Origin: Clostridiales bacterium UBA4362
GTDB taxonomy: Bacteria > Bacillota > Clostridia > TANB77 > CAG-508
Direction: 5' to 3'
DNA: 48,722 nt
Assembly (NCBI GenBank): GCA_002393975.1
Contig: DGSM01000045.1
Location: forward strand, 1 to 48,722
Shown here: positions 32,785 to 42,429 of the stretch, one piece after another
Numbering within the stretch: the stretch's first letter is position 1
Layout of the letters: each line of letters opens with the position of its first letter
Notes under the pieces: model-generated
The model's input: only the letters and a program-made list of their open reading frames with translations
Database searches by the model: none
What the model was told of the DNA's origin: nothing
Position numbers and translations under genes: made by a program

Positions 32785-35700
32785 TTATGCAAATAAACTC
32801 ATTTGGTTGCTCTCACTCATTCCTTTTAGACAACCTGCTTCTTTTAAAGTTTCAATTGCACTTTTTCCAATCTTGCTTCGAATTCTTAAGTCATCCATGC
32901 TCATAAATTCACCATCTTTTCTTGCTTCCTCTATTCCTTGAGAAGCTACTGTTCCTAGTCCTGGAATAGAATTAAGTGGTGGTCTAATTCCATCATCTTC
33001 TAATTTAAATTTAGTAGCTGATGATTCATAGATATCTATTGGCATGAAGTTAATTCCTCTTGCATACATTTCATTTACTATTTCCAAAGTTTCATACATA
33101 TCTTCATCAGTTTTAGATGCTTTTCTTTGAGCTTGAAGCATTTCAATTTCCCTCATTTTGCTTAATACTCTATCTCGTCCATGACACATAACATTAGAAT
33201 CAAAAGCATCTGCTCTTATTGAGAAATATGCACAATAATATGCTTTAGGAATATGTACTTTATACCAAGCTATTCTAAATGCGTTTGTAACATAAGCTGC
33301 AGCATGTGCTTTAGGGAATAAGTATTTTATCTTTTCACAAGATTTGATATACCACTCTGGAACTTCATGTTCTTTCATTAATTCAACATACTCTGGCCAT
33401 TCTTTTACTTTACCTTTTGCAACTTTTCCTTTACGAACACCTTCCATAATTTTGAATGCTGTATTTGGTGGAAGTCCTTTAGTAATCAAGTAATTCATAA
33501 TATCATCACGAGTACAAATAACTTCCTTTAAAGTTGCAGTACCACTATTAACTAAATCTTGAGCATTGCCCAACCAAACGTTGGTACCATGTGATAATCC
33601 AGAAATTCTTAATAACTCATCAAATGTAGTAGGCTTTGTATCATTAAGCATTCCTCTAACGAATTTAGTTCCTGATTCAGGAATTCCAAATGTTCCAACT
33701 TCACTTCTTATTTCATCTGGGGTGATTCCTAGTGCAGTGGTAGATGAATAAATAGACATTGTGTCTTTATCATCTAATGGTACTTCAGTTGGATCAAGCC
33801 CTGTAATATCTTTAAGCATACGTATAACTGTCGGATCATCATGTCCTAGAATATCGAGTTTTAACAAGTTTTGATCAATTGAGTGGTAATCAAAGTGAGT
33901 TGTTATAATATCTGAATTAGGATCATCTGCTGGATGTTGTACAGGTGTAAATTCATATATTTCTCTTCCTTTTGGAACAACAATAATTCCTCCAGGGTGT
34001 TGTCCTGTTGTTCTTTTAACTCCTGTGCATCCTTTTGATATTCTATCAGCCTCAGCATTATTTATTGTAAGGCCTTTTTCTTCATAATATTTTTTTACAA
34101 AACCATATGCAGTTTTATCGGCAACAGTACCAACTGTTCCTGCTTTAAATGTAGTTCCTTTTCCAAATATTACTTCAGTATATTTATGTGCTTTGGCTTG
34201 ATATTCTCCAGAGAAGTTTAAGTCGATATCAGGCTCTTTATCTCCATTAAATCCCAAGAAAGTTTCAAAAGGGATATCCATTCCATCTTTTTGCATCATA
34301 TGACCACAATTTGGACATACTTTATCTGGAAGGTCAAATCCATTTGTAACATCACCGACATCTTCAAAATCGCTATGTTTACAATTTGGACATCTATAAT
34401 GTGGTGGAAGTGAATTTACTTCAGTAATACCAGTCATATTAGCAGCAAATGATGATCCAACACTTCCTCTAGAGCCAACTATATATCCATCTTCATTTGA
34501 TTTCCAAACTAGTTTTTGAGCAATAATGTACATAACAGAGAATCCATTAGTAATGATAGAATTCAATTCTTTCTTAAGTCTATCTTCAACTATTTTTGGA
34601 AGAGGATCTCCATATAGTTCATGTGCCTTTTTATATGCTATATCTTCTATTTGTTTCTCACAGCCAGGAATATGTGGAGGACACTTTTCAGGTGATATAG
34701 GTTCAATTCTCTCACACATATCAGCAATTTTATTTGTGTTAGTTACAACTACTTCATATGCCTTTTCTTCACCTAAATATTTGAACTCTTCTAGCATTTC
34801 TTCTGTAGTTCTTAAATATAAAGGTGCTTGTTGATCGCTATCATCGTATCCTTGTCCTGATTGTAAAATTCTTCTATAAATTTCATCTTGCGGATCCATA
34901 AAATGGACATCACAAGTAGCAACTACTAGCTTTTCAAGTTTTTCACCAATTTCAATTATTTTTCTATTGAAGTTTTTCAAATCTTCATCAGATTCTACTT
35001 TACCTTCTCTTACTAAATGCTCATTGTTTCCAATTGGTTGTATTTCTAAATAATCATAGTCTTTTGCTATATTTAAGACATCTTCATCAGGTCTTCCTTC
35101 TAAAATAGCTGAATATAATTCTCCAACTTCACAAGCGCTTCCTAAAATAAGGCCTTCTGAATATTGCTTATATATAGATTTAAGTATTAAAGGATGTTTA
35201 TAAAAATAATTCAAATTAGAAATTGAAATTAATTTATATAAATTCTTTAATCCAACATAATTCTTTGCAATTATTATTGCATGATAGCTTTTAAGTTTTC
35301 TGAAATTTGCCTTTCCATCACTTAATTCATCTATCTCATGAAGCATAGTAACTTTATTTTCTTCAAGTTCTTCACACATTTTATTAAATACTTGAACAGT
35401 AGTATTAACATCATCTAAAGCTCTATGAGCATTTTCAACTTTTATTCCTAATTTCTCTGCAATTATTCCTAACTTGTATTTTGTAAAATCAGGATATAAC
35501 ACTTTAGCTAATGCTAATGTATCTAAATAAGTATTTTTGAATGGTATGTTTCTTTGTTCACAAGCATATCTAATAAATGATGTATCAAAGTTAGCATTAT
35601 GTGCAACTAAGACACTATCCCCAAAAAACTCAAGGATCTTTGGTAATATCTCATCAATTGTTGGAGCATCTTTTACCATGTCATCTGTTATATGAGTAAT

Positions 35701-37299
35701 CTCTTGAACTTCATCTGGTATATGTCTTAATGGATTTACAAAAGATTCAAATTGATCTATTATTTCACCATTTTTTACTTTCATTATTCCAACTTCAGTA
35801 ATAGAGTCTGTTCTAAATGAAGTTCCTGTGGTCTCTAAATCAAATACACAATATGTTGAGTCTTTAAGAGATTGATTCATTTTCACATTGGTCATTACTT
35901 CGCTTTTATCATTAACAATATATGCTTCTACACCATATATTATTTTTATTCCATTAGCTTTATCTCCTAAATCTTGTAAAAGATGATGTGCTTCTGGAAA
36001 TGATTGTACTACACCATGATCAGTAATAGCGATACTCTTCCAGCCCCATTTAATTGCTCTATTAATTAAATCTTGAGCTGGTGTAATACCATCCATTTGA
36101 GACATATTAGTATGCATATGAAGTTCAACTCTTTTAGTTTCTGCTTGATCCTCTCTTTTAACTTTTTTAAGAGGTTCTCCCTCAACAATAGTATTAGCAA
36201 GAAGTGTTACTTCATGGGCAAAATTATCAAATCCAGATTTGCCTCCAATTTTTACTCCTGCGCCTGGATATAATCTTTTTGAAACATCTTTCTTTTGTTC
36301 AGGTGTGACAAAGCATTTACATGTAATAGAATTTGTTCCATCATAAACATCAAAAGAAAGTAAAAACTTTCCTGTTTTCTTTAATTCCATTTCATCGTGA
36401 ACATTACATATTTCACCATTTATTTGGATTTGAGCTTCTTCTGCACCAATATCATTAATCTTTATTAAGGGTTGTGTAATTTTAGAATTTCTTCCATATA
36501 TTAAAGTTGGATCAACTTCTTTTTCAGGGGCAGCTTTTGGTTCACTTTCTGTCTCAGGCTTAATCTCAACTTTTGGTTTGCTCTCAACTTTAGCAGCCTC
36601 TTTATTAGCAGGCGAAGCATTTCCATTGGTCTTAGGTGAAGGATTCTTTTTAAATCCAGAATTACCATTATATTCTTTATTCATCTTTACTGCTTCTTTA
36701 GCTTTAGCTTCACTGGCAGCTTGTGCAGAAACTTTATATGCTTCTTCTATTATTCTTTGTTTCTCTTTATTAAAATCAATATTTAAGCTACTTCCTTCTT
36801 GATGATTAAAAGTAACTTTGCATTTAAAATTATAAATATCTAAAACAATATCAGCTATTAATTTATCTATTTTTTGTTGCTTTAATAAATCAATTCCATT
36901 ATTGATTAAAAATACTTTTAATTCATTATTTACTAATTCACATTTACTAGAATCAATTAAACCATTAATAATAGGATGATTCTTAGAAGCAATTGCAATT
37001 ATCTTCTTAAAATCATCCTTTATTTTATTTTCTATATTGTTATTTCCATTTAAGTTATCGTCTGTATTATTTAAAGGATTTAATTTGATAGTTACATCTT
37101 CAATTTTAAATCGGTTTTTCAAAAAACTAGTAAAAGTAGCTAATTCTTCACTCGTTATATTGCTGTTCGTTATTAAGCAAATTTCTAATTTGTTAGATTT
37201 TCTATAAAAATTAACTTTCTCAATGCGTGATTCAGCAAGACTTTCACTCATTTGTTCAAAGTCTGCAAAAACCGCTTTTACTTGTTTAAACTCTTCCAA
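32785..37299 (-). CDS. polC: DNA polymerase III PolC-type alpha subunit (with intrinsic 3'-5' exonuclease)
   Basis: 1504 aa. PHP domain (VELHMHTNMSQMDG), inserted DnaQ-like exonuclease (YCVFDLETTG...HNANFDTSF...HRALDD), Zn-finger CPNC...CPNC, and the polymerase core (GSRGSVGSS, HPGG). Confidence 0.95.
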   Translation of the reverse strand: MEEFKQVKAVFADFEQMSESLAESRIEKVNFYRKSNKLEICLITNSNITSEELATFTSFLKNRFKIEDVTIKLNPLNNTDDNLNGNNNIENKIKDDFKKIIAIASKNHPIINGLIDSSKCELVNNELKVFLINNGIDLLKQQKIDKLIADIVLDIYNFKCKVTFNHQEGSSLNIDFNKEKQRIIEEAYKVSAQAASEAKAKEAVKMNKEYNGNSGFKKNPSPKTNGNASPANKEAAKVESKPKVEIKPETESEPKAAPEKEVDPTLIYGRNSKITQPLIKINDIGAEEAQIQINGEICNVHDEMELKKTGKFLLSFDVYDGTNSITCKCFVTPEQKKDVSKRLYPGAGVKIGGKSGFDNFAHEVTLLANTIVEGEPLKKVKREDQAETKRVELHMHTNMSQMDGITPAQDLINRAIKWGWKSIAITDHGVVQSFPEAHHLLQDLGDKANGIKIIYGVEAYIVNDKSEVMTNVKMNQSLKDSTYCVFDLETTGTSFRTDSITEVGIMKVKNGEIIDQFESFVNPLRHIPDEVQEITHITDDMVKDAPTIDEILPKILEFFGDSVLVAHNANFDTSFIRYACEQRNIPFKNTYLDTLALAKVLYPDFTKYKLGIIAEKLGIKVENAHRALDDVNTTVQVFNKMCEELEENKVTMLHEIDELSDGKANFRKLKSYHAIIIAKNYVGLKNLYKLISISNLNYFYKHPLILKSIYKQYSEGLILGSACEVGELYSAILEGRPDEDVLNIAKDYDYLEIQPIGNNEHLVREGKVESDEDLKNFNRKIIEIGEKLEKLVVATCDVHFMDPQDEIYRRILQSGQGYDDSDQQAPLYLRTTEEMLEEFKYLGEEKAYEVVVTNTNKIADMCERIEPISPEKCPPHIPGCEKQIEDIAYKKAHELYGDPLPKIVEDRLKKELNSIITNGFSVMYIIAQKLVWKSNEDGYIVGSRGSVGSSFAANMTGITEVNSLPPHYRCPNCKHSDFEDVGDVTNGFDLPDKVCPNCGHMMQKDGMDIPFETFLGFNGDKEPDIDLNFSGEYQAKAHKYTEVIFGKGTTFKAGTVGTVADKTAYGFVKKYYEEKGLTINNAEADRISKGCTGVKRTTGQHPGGIIVVPKGREIYEFTPVQHPADDPNSDIITTHFDYHSIDQNLLKLDILGHDDPTVIRMLKDITGLDPTEVPLDDKDTMSIYSSTTALGITPDEIRSEVGTFGIPESGTKFVRGMLNDTKPTTFDELLRISGLSHGTNVWLGNAQDLVNSGTATLKEVICTRDDIMNYLITKGLPPNTAFKIMEGVRKGKVAKGKVKEWPEYVELMKEHEVPEWYIKSCEKIKYLFPKAHAAAYVTNAFRIAWYKVHIPKAYYCAYFSIRADAFDSNVMCHGRDRVLSKMREIEMLQAQRKASKTDEDMYETLEIVNEMYARGINFMPIDIYESSATKFKLEDDGIRPPLNSIPGLGTVASQGIEEARKDGEFMSMDDLRIRSKIGKSAIETLKEAGCLKGMSESNQMSLFA

Positions 37300-37369
37300 T
37301 TGTATGCCCCTATAAATTAAATCTTATAAATAATTAAATTAAACCATTAAATTGTTATATATTTACAAT

Positions 37370-38236
37370 TTAAATCATTAAAAACAACATGTATGCAAAA
37401 GGTGTAATAAATAGTAAACTATCTAGTCTATCTAATAATCCACCATGTCCTGGTAAAAGATTTGAAAAATCTTTTATTCCACAATATCTCTTTATTGCAG
37501 ATGCTGCAATATCTCCAACTTGTCCTATTATAGCTAGAATAATTGATATTATTAATATTTGCCAATAGCTAATAGTTAAATTAAATATTAAATTAACTAT
37601 TAATATAAATACTAGAGAGAATCCTATTGATCCAAATATTCCTGCTATTGCACCTTCAACTGTTTTCTTTGGAGAAATAGGTGTTAGTTTATGTTTGCCA
37701 AATTTACATCCAATTATATATGCTAAGCCATCTGATCCCCACGATGTAGCAAATAATAAGCCACAATATATTCTATGGATTAAAGCTGGTGTACCCCCTC
37801 TAATTAAAGAAACAAATAACATACTTAGTGGTATATAAAGAATTCCAAATAGTGTTGTCATAACATCTATTATATTTTTCTTTCCTTCGGTTATTATTAC
37901 TTCCAAAGATAAAATGAAAATAATTAAAGGAATCATAAATACCAATAGTTTAAATCCTATTTCTTCTTTAATTAAATGTGTCAGTCCTATCAGCGCACAG
38001 CATGCATAGCTAATCCATGCGGTAGGATTCGCTTTTTCTGTGGATTTAAAACAATGCAAATACTCATGCATCATACAAATAGCAACTAGTGCAAGGGCAA
38101 CATCCATTACATAGTTGTTAGAAAAAACAAAAACTACAAAAACTAATGGTAGACCAACTAATGTTGTTAAGTATCTTTTTAATGTTTTTGTTTTGCTTTT
38201 CTCATTGTTTTCTTCGGTTTTCTTTTTCTTTGCCAA
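37370..38236 (-). CDS. cdsA: Phosphatidate cytidylyltransferase
   Basis: Polytopic membrane protein with the CdsA signature SAIKRYCGIKDFSNLLPGHGGLLDRLDS. Confidence 0.9.
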   Translation of the reverse strand: MAKKKKTEENNEKSKTKTLKRYLTTLVGLPLVFVVFVFSNNYVMDVALALVAICMMHEYLHCFKSTEKANPTAWISYACCALIGLTHLIKEEIGFKLLVFMIPLIIFILSLEVIITEGKKNIIDVMTTLFGILYIPLSMLFVSLIRGGTPALIHRIYCGLLFATSWGSDGLAYIIGCKFGKHKLTPISPKKTVEGAIAGIFGSIGFSLVFILIVNLIFNLTISYWQILIISIILAIIGQVGDIAASAIKRYCGIKDFSNLLPGHGGLLDRLDSLLFITPFAYMLFLMI

Positions 38237-38260
38237 CCTTCTTCTTTCCTTTCAAGAAAA

Positions 38261-38965
38261 TTATTTACCTTTTCTTCTTTTACGACTTGAATACTCTTTT
38301 ATGCAATAATCTATATCTTCTTCAGTAAAATCAGGCCAATATTTATCCATGAATAAAAATTCACTATACGTGATTTCCCATGGTAAAAAGTTGCTAGTTC
38401 TAAGCTCACCACTAGTTCTTACAACTAAATCCGGATCTTTCTTTCCAGCTGTATCTAATGAATTAGTAATTAATTCTTCATTTATATCTTCAATATCAAT
38501 TTCGCCATTTTTTACTCTTGAAGCAATTTTTTGAGTTGCACGAGTTAGTTCATCTCTTCCACCATAATTAAACGCAATCATAAAATCAAGACCTTTATTA
38601 TTTTTGGTCTTTTCTTCAATTTGTTCGATTTTTTCTAAAAGTTTAGGATTAAGATTATCTCTTCTTCCAATAACTTCAATTCTAACATCAGAATCTAATT
38701 TCTTTATAAATTTATCTAAAGCTGAATTTAGAAGAAACATTAAATAATCAACTTCTTCTTTAGCTCTATTCCAGTTTTCAGTTGAAAAAGCATATACTGT
38801 TAAATATTCTAATCCAATTTTATTACAATATCTAACTATGTTTTCTAAAACTTCTTCACCTTTTTTATGACCTAGTTTTTTCTCTAATCCATGTTCAACT
38901 GCCCATCTTCTGTTTCCATCCATTATAATAGCTATATGAGCTGGTTTATTAACTATTTCTTCCAT
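38261..38965 (-). CDS. uppS: Undecaprenyl-diphosphate synthase (cis-prenyltransferase)
   Basis: HIAIIMDGNRRWA, TVYAFSTENWNR, and DLVVRTSGELRTSNFLPWE. Confidence 0.92.
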   Translation of the reverse strand: MEEIVNKPAHIAIIMDGNRRWAVEHGLEKKLGHKKGEEVLENIVRYCNKIGLEYLTVYAFSTENWNRAKEEVDYLMFLLNSALDKFIKKLDSDVRIEVIGRRDNLNPKLLEKIEQIEEKTKNNKGLDFMIAFNYGGRDELTRATQKIASRVKNGEIDIEDINEELITNSLDTAGKKDPDLVVRTSGELRTSNFLPWEITYSEFLFMDKYWPDFTEEDIDYCIKEYSSRKRRKGK

Positions 38966-38987
38966 ACTTCCCCTTTTCTTCTAAAAA

Positions 38988-39536
38988 TTAGACAGTCATA
39001 ATTTCTGATTCTTTTTTCTCTGTTAAATCATCAATTTGAGAAACAAAATTATCAGTAGCTTTTTGAATTTTATCTTCTAAAGATCTTTCTTCATCTTCAG
39101 TAATTTCACTAGCCTTTAAAGCTGCTTTAGCTTCGTCCATATAGTCTCTTCTTACATTTCTTATAGCAACTTTTGCTTCTTCTGCCATTTTATTTATATC
39201 TTTAGCAAGTTCTTTTCTTCTATCTTCAGTTAATTCTGGAAAAGATAGTCTAATTACATTTCCATCATTCATTGGATTAATTCCAATATCAGCTTTTTCT
39301 ATTTCTTTAGTAATAGTTGATAATAAACTTTTATCCCATGGTTGGATAACTATTAATCTTGGTTCAGGAACAGAAATAGAAGCCACTTGATTTAGTGGTG
39401 TAGGTTGTCCATAATATTCAACATTAATTCTATTTAAAATAGTTGGATTAGCCCTTCCTGCTCTTACCTCTGAAAATTTTTGTTTTAAATTATCAAGAAC
39501 TTTTTCCATATCTTGATTAAGACTTTGCTCTTCCAT
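38988..39536 (-). CDS. frr: Ribosome recycling factor
   Basis: 182 aa. RAGRANPTILNRINVEYYGQPTPLNQVASISVPEPR and IRNVRRD. Confidence 0.95.
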   Translation of the reverse strand: MEEQSLNQDMEKVLDNLKQKFSEVRAGRANPTILNRINVEYYGQPTPLNQVASISVPEPRLIVIQPWDKSLLSTITKEIEKADIGINPMNDGNVIRLSFPELTEDRRKELAKDINKMAEEAKVAIRNVRRDYMDEAKAALKASEITEDEERSLEDKIQKATDNFVSQIDDLTEKKESEIMTV

Positions 39537-39545
39537 AATTCCTCC

Positions 39546-40241
39546 TTAATTTACACAAGTTCCTATTGATTCACCATTAACGGCTTTTATAATATTATCT
39601 GTATCTTTCATAGCAAATACTACAAGTGGCATCTTGTTTTCTTTACAAAAAGCTACAGCAGTTAAATCCATTACTTTAAGATTTTTATCTATAATTTCTT
39701 GATAAGAAATCTTATCATATTTTATAGCATCTTTATTTGTTTTAGGATCATCAGAATATATTCCATCTGTTGTTTTAGCAACTAATAAACAATCTGCTCC
39801 AATTTCAACAGATCTTAAAGCTGCTGCAGTATCAGTTGAAAAATAAGGATGTCCAGTACCACCAGCAAAAATAACAATTTTTCCATTATCTAAATGATTT
39901 AGAGCTTTTCTCAAAACAACAGGTTCTGCAATTTGTTTCATTTCTATAGAAGTTTGAACTATAGTTTCAATTCCTCTTTTCTCTAAAGCATCTTGAAGGG
40001 CTAAACTATTCATTGTAGTTGCAAGCATTCCCATATAATCAGCATTATACTTAACCATATTAGGACCATATTTGCCTCTCCAGAAGTTTCCTCCTCCAAC
40101 AACTATAGCAATTTCAACTCCTAAATCGTAAACTTTTTTAATAGAATCGCAAACACTTTCAAGTACATTTTGATCTATTCCAAATCCTTCATCACCAGAA
40201 AGTGCCTCACCACTTAGTTTTAATAATATTCTTTTATACAA
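39546..40241 (-). CDS. pyrH: UMP kinase
   Basis: YKRILLKLSGEAL, VVGGGNFWRG, and FAGGTGHPYFSTDTAAALRS. Confidence 0.95.
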   Translation of the reverse strand: MYKRILLKLSGEALSGDEGFGIDQNVLESVCDSIKKVYDLGVEIAIVVGGGNFWRGKYGPNMVKYNADYMGMLATTMNSLALQDALEKRGIETIVQTSIEMKQIAEPVVLRKALNHLDNGKIVIFAGGTGHPYFSTDTAAALRSVEIGADCLLVAKTTDGIYSDDPKTNKDAIKYDKISYQEIIDKNLKVMDLTAVAFCKENKMPLVVFAMKDTDNIIKAVNGESIGTCVN

Positions 40242-40326
40242 TTTAGTTCCTCCTAAACTTATGTAAATATATAAAATCTATTTAATTCTATCATAAATTT
40301 AGGTAGATATAAATAGAAAATTAAAT

Positions 40327-40366
40327 AAAAAAAGCAAAAAAGACCAAGCACCGAAGTGCCTAGTCT
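40327..40366 (-). terminator. Intrinsic terminator after the small wall-protein genes
   Basis: Minus-strand RNA reads AGACUAGGCAC-UUCG-GUGCUUGGUCU: 11 bp including two G-U pairs, with a UUCG tetraloop. It is followed by UUUUUGCUUUUUUU. Confidence 0.7.
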
Positions 40367-40392
40367 TTAATATATACAAATTAAATTAAAAA

Positions 40393-40671
40393 TTAGTTAT
40401 TTTTCTTAGATAATGCAAAAGCAGTTAATCCAACAATAACAGCAACAGCGCCAACGCCAGCAATGATATAAGTATCAAATTCACCAGTTTGTGGAACTGT
40501 AGTTGTATTTACTACAGGAGCTGTATTCTCTGGAACTGTAGGAACAGCTGTTGAATTATTAGCAACAGTATTAAATGTTATTGTTTGTGATGCTAAAGCA
40601 CTTCCCTTTGCAATAAATAAAACTAACATCATAAAAATAATTGTACTTAAAGCTAAACTTTTTTTACTCAT
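40393..40671 (-). CDS. Very small sortase-anchored wall protein (VPQTG sorting signal)
   Basis: I place the start at Met7 of the track ORF (MSKKSL..., GGAGAG SD 8 nt upstream). A signal peptide ends ...GSALA. The C-terminus VPQTGEFDTYIIAGVGAVAVIVGLTAFALSKKNN has an LPXTG-like motif, a hydrophobic segment and a basic tail. Confidence 0.75.
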   Translation of the reverse strand: MSKKSLALSTIIFMMLVLFIAKGSALASQTITFNTVANNSTAVPTVPENTAPVVNTTTVPQTGEFDTYIIAGVGAVAVIVGLTAFALSKKNN

Positions 40672-40717
40672 CTTTTGAACTCTCCACATATCAAAATTTT
40701 AAATCTTATTTATGTAA

Positions 40718-41065
40718 TTATCTGCTATATCTTTTAGCATTTACAAAAGAAAATGCACCAATAGCTACAACAACTACAGCAATACCAGCTATAATATATG
40801 TATCATATTCACCAGTTTGTGGAACTTTAGTAGTAGTATTTGTTGTTGTGTTTACAACTGGAGCTGGAGTAACTTGGTTATCCTTTGCTACATTTCCGTT
40901 TAAATTAACAGCAGTATTTGCAGTTGCATTTGTAACAGCATTGTTTCCAGTTGGTATAGTTTGCATAGAAACTGTTCCACTAGCAAATACGCCTTTAGTA
41001 AATATAGTTAAAGCGATAGCAATAACGATTAAAGATAAAATAACGTTTCTTTTTAATTTTTCCAT
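40718..41065 (-). CDS. Very small sortase-anchored wall protein (VPQTG sorting signal), tandem paralogue
   Basis: GAGGAGA SD and a signal peptide ending ...GVFASG. It shares the block APVVNTTT...VPQTGEYDTYIIAG with its neighbour. The C-terminal hydrophobic segment is followed by KRYSR. Confidence 0.75.
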   Translation of the reverse strand: MEKLKRNVILSLIVIAIALTIFTKGVFASGTVSMQTIPTGNNAVTNATANTAVNLNGNVAKDNQVTPAPVVNTTTNTTTKVPQTGEYDTYIIAGIAVVVVAIGAFSFVNAKRYSR

Positions 41066-41131
41066 TTTTATGTCTCCTCTTTTAATAATCTGAAATTCTT
41101 TAAGAATCTCTGTAACTCTCTTATATTAGCT

Positions 41132-41160
41132 ATTTTACCTCTATTTGGCAAATATGTCAA
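41132..41160 (-). promoter_or_regulatory. Near-consensus sigma-A promoter of the two small wall-protein genes
   Basis: Minus strand reads TTGACA (41160..41155), N17, TAAAAT (41137..41132). Confidence 0.55.
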
Positions 41161-41246
41161 TGTTTTTTTGCTAAAAAAAGGCATTTTTTCATTACATTTT
41201 TGTCATATTTAGGACATTTGAAGGTAATTTTCCTATTTTTTTCCAT

Positions 41247-42338
41247 TTAAACATTAAATTTAAAATCAACTATATCTCCGTCTTTCATTATATAATCTTT
41301 GCCTTCCATACGAACTAAACCTTGCTCTTTTACTTTTGCCATTGAACCAAATTTCACAAGATCATCATATGAAACGATTTCAGCCTTTATAAATCCTCTT
41401 TCGAAGTCGCTGTGTATCTTTCCGGCTGCTTGAGGAGCTTTTGTACCTTTATTTATTGTCCATGCTCTTGTCTCTTTCTTACCAGCTGTTAAATAACTCA
41501 TTAATCCTAATAAATCATAACTAGCTTTTATTACTACATCTAATCCTGATTCATCTAATCCTAAAGCTTCAAGCATTTCCTTTTTATCTTCTTCATTATC
41601 CAATTTAGATAAGTCTTCTTCTATCTTAGCTGATAATTTAATACAGCCAGCTCCTTCAGATGCAGCTAGTTCTTTTACTTGTTTAACATATTCATTGTCT
41701 TCTCCACCAACTTCATCTTCTCCGATATTCGCAACATAAAGAATTGGTTTTGAGGTTAATAAAAATGCATCCTTGGTTAATTCTATTTCTTCTTCTGTTA
41801 ATTTACATGTTCTAGCAGGTTTTCCATCCTCTAAAACTGTTCTAATTTTCTTAAAAGCATCTTCTTCTGCTAAATATTTTTTATCACCTTTTGCATTTTT
41901 AGCAGCTCTATCTATTCTTTTATTAACAGTATCTAAATCAGCTAAAACTAGTTCTACATTTATTGTATCTATATCTCTTAATGGATCTATAGAGCCATCA
42001 ACATGAACTATATTAGGATCTTCAAAACAACGCACAACCTCTAATATGGCATCTGTTTCTCTAATATGAGATAAAAACTTATTACCTAATCCTTCTCCTT
42101 TACTAGCACCTTTTACAAGTCCTGCAATATCAACAAATTCTACAACAGCAGGAGTAATCTTATCTGAATCAAACATTTTTGCAAGTACATTTAATCTTTC
42201 ATCTGGTACTGCAACTACACCTACATTTGGCTCAATAGTACAGAAAGGATAGTTTGCACATTCTGCTCCAGCATTTGTTATCGAATTAAATAAAGTGCTC
42301 TTACCAACATTTGGTAATCCCACAATTCCCATCTTCAT
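41247..42338 (-). CDS. ychF: Ribosome-binding ATPase YchF
   Basis: 363 aa. GIVGLPNVGKSTLFN, a central coiled-coil insert, and the C-terminal TGS-like YDDL...EGKDYIMKDGDIVDFKFNV. Confidence 0.95.
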   Translation of the reverse strand: MKMGIVGLPNVGKSTLFNSITNAGAECANYPFCTIEPNVGVVAVPDERLNVLAKMFDSDKITPAVVEFVDIAGLVKGASKGEGLGNKFLSHIRETDAILEVVRCFEDPNIVHVDGSIDPLRDIDTINVELVLADLDTVNKRIDRAAKNAKGDKKYLAEEDAFKKIRTVLEDGKPARTCKLTEEEIELTKDAFLLTSKPILYVANIGEDEVGGEDNEYVKQVKELAASEGAGCIKLSAKIEEDLSKLDNEEDKKEMLEALGLDESGLDVVIKASYDLLGLMSYLTAGKKETRAWTINKGTKAPQAAGKIHSDFERGFIKAEIVSYDDLVKFGSMAKVKEQGLVRMEGKDYIMKDGDIVDFKFNV

Positions 42339-42382
42339 ATCTATTTTTCTCCTTATATTAATTATTTTCTATATTACAGCTT

Positions 42383-42416
42383 AAAAGCCCAATCCATTGT
42401 AACACATGGATGGGCT
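42383..42416 (-). terminator. Intrinsic terminator after dnaJ (usable in both directions)
   Basis: Hairpin gcccaatccat (42387..42397) / atggatgggc (42407..42416) with one bulge. A/T runs flank both sides. Confidence 0.6.
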
Positions 42417-42429
42417 TTTTTCTAGTATT

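Noticed and set aside
40641-41093. Plus-strand 150-aa ORF covering both small wall-protein genes.
   Set aside because: The minus-strand genes have SDs, signal peptides, VPQTG sorting signals, a promoter and a terminator. The plus-strand ORF has none of these.
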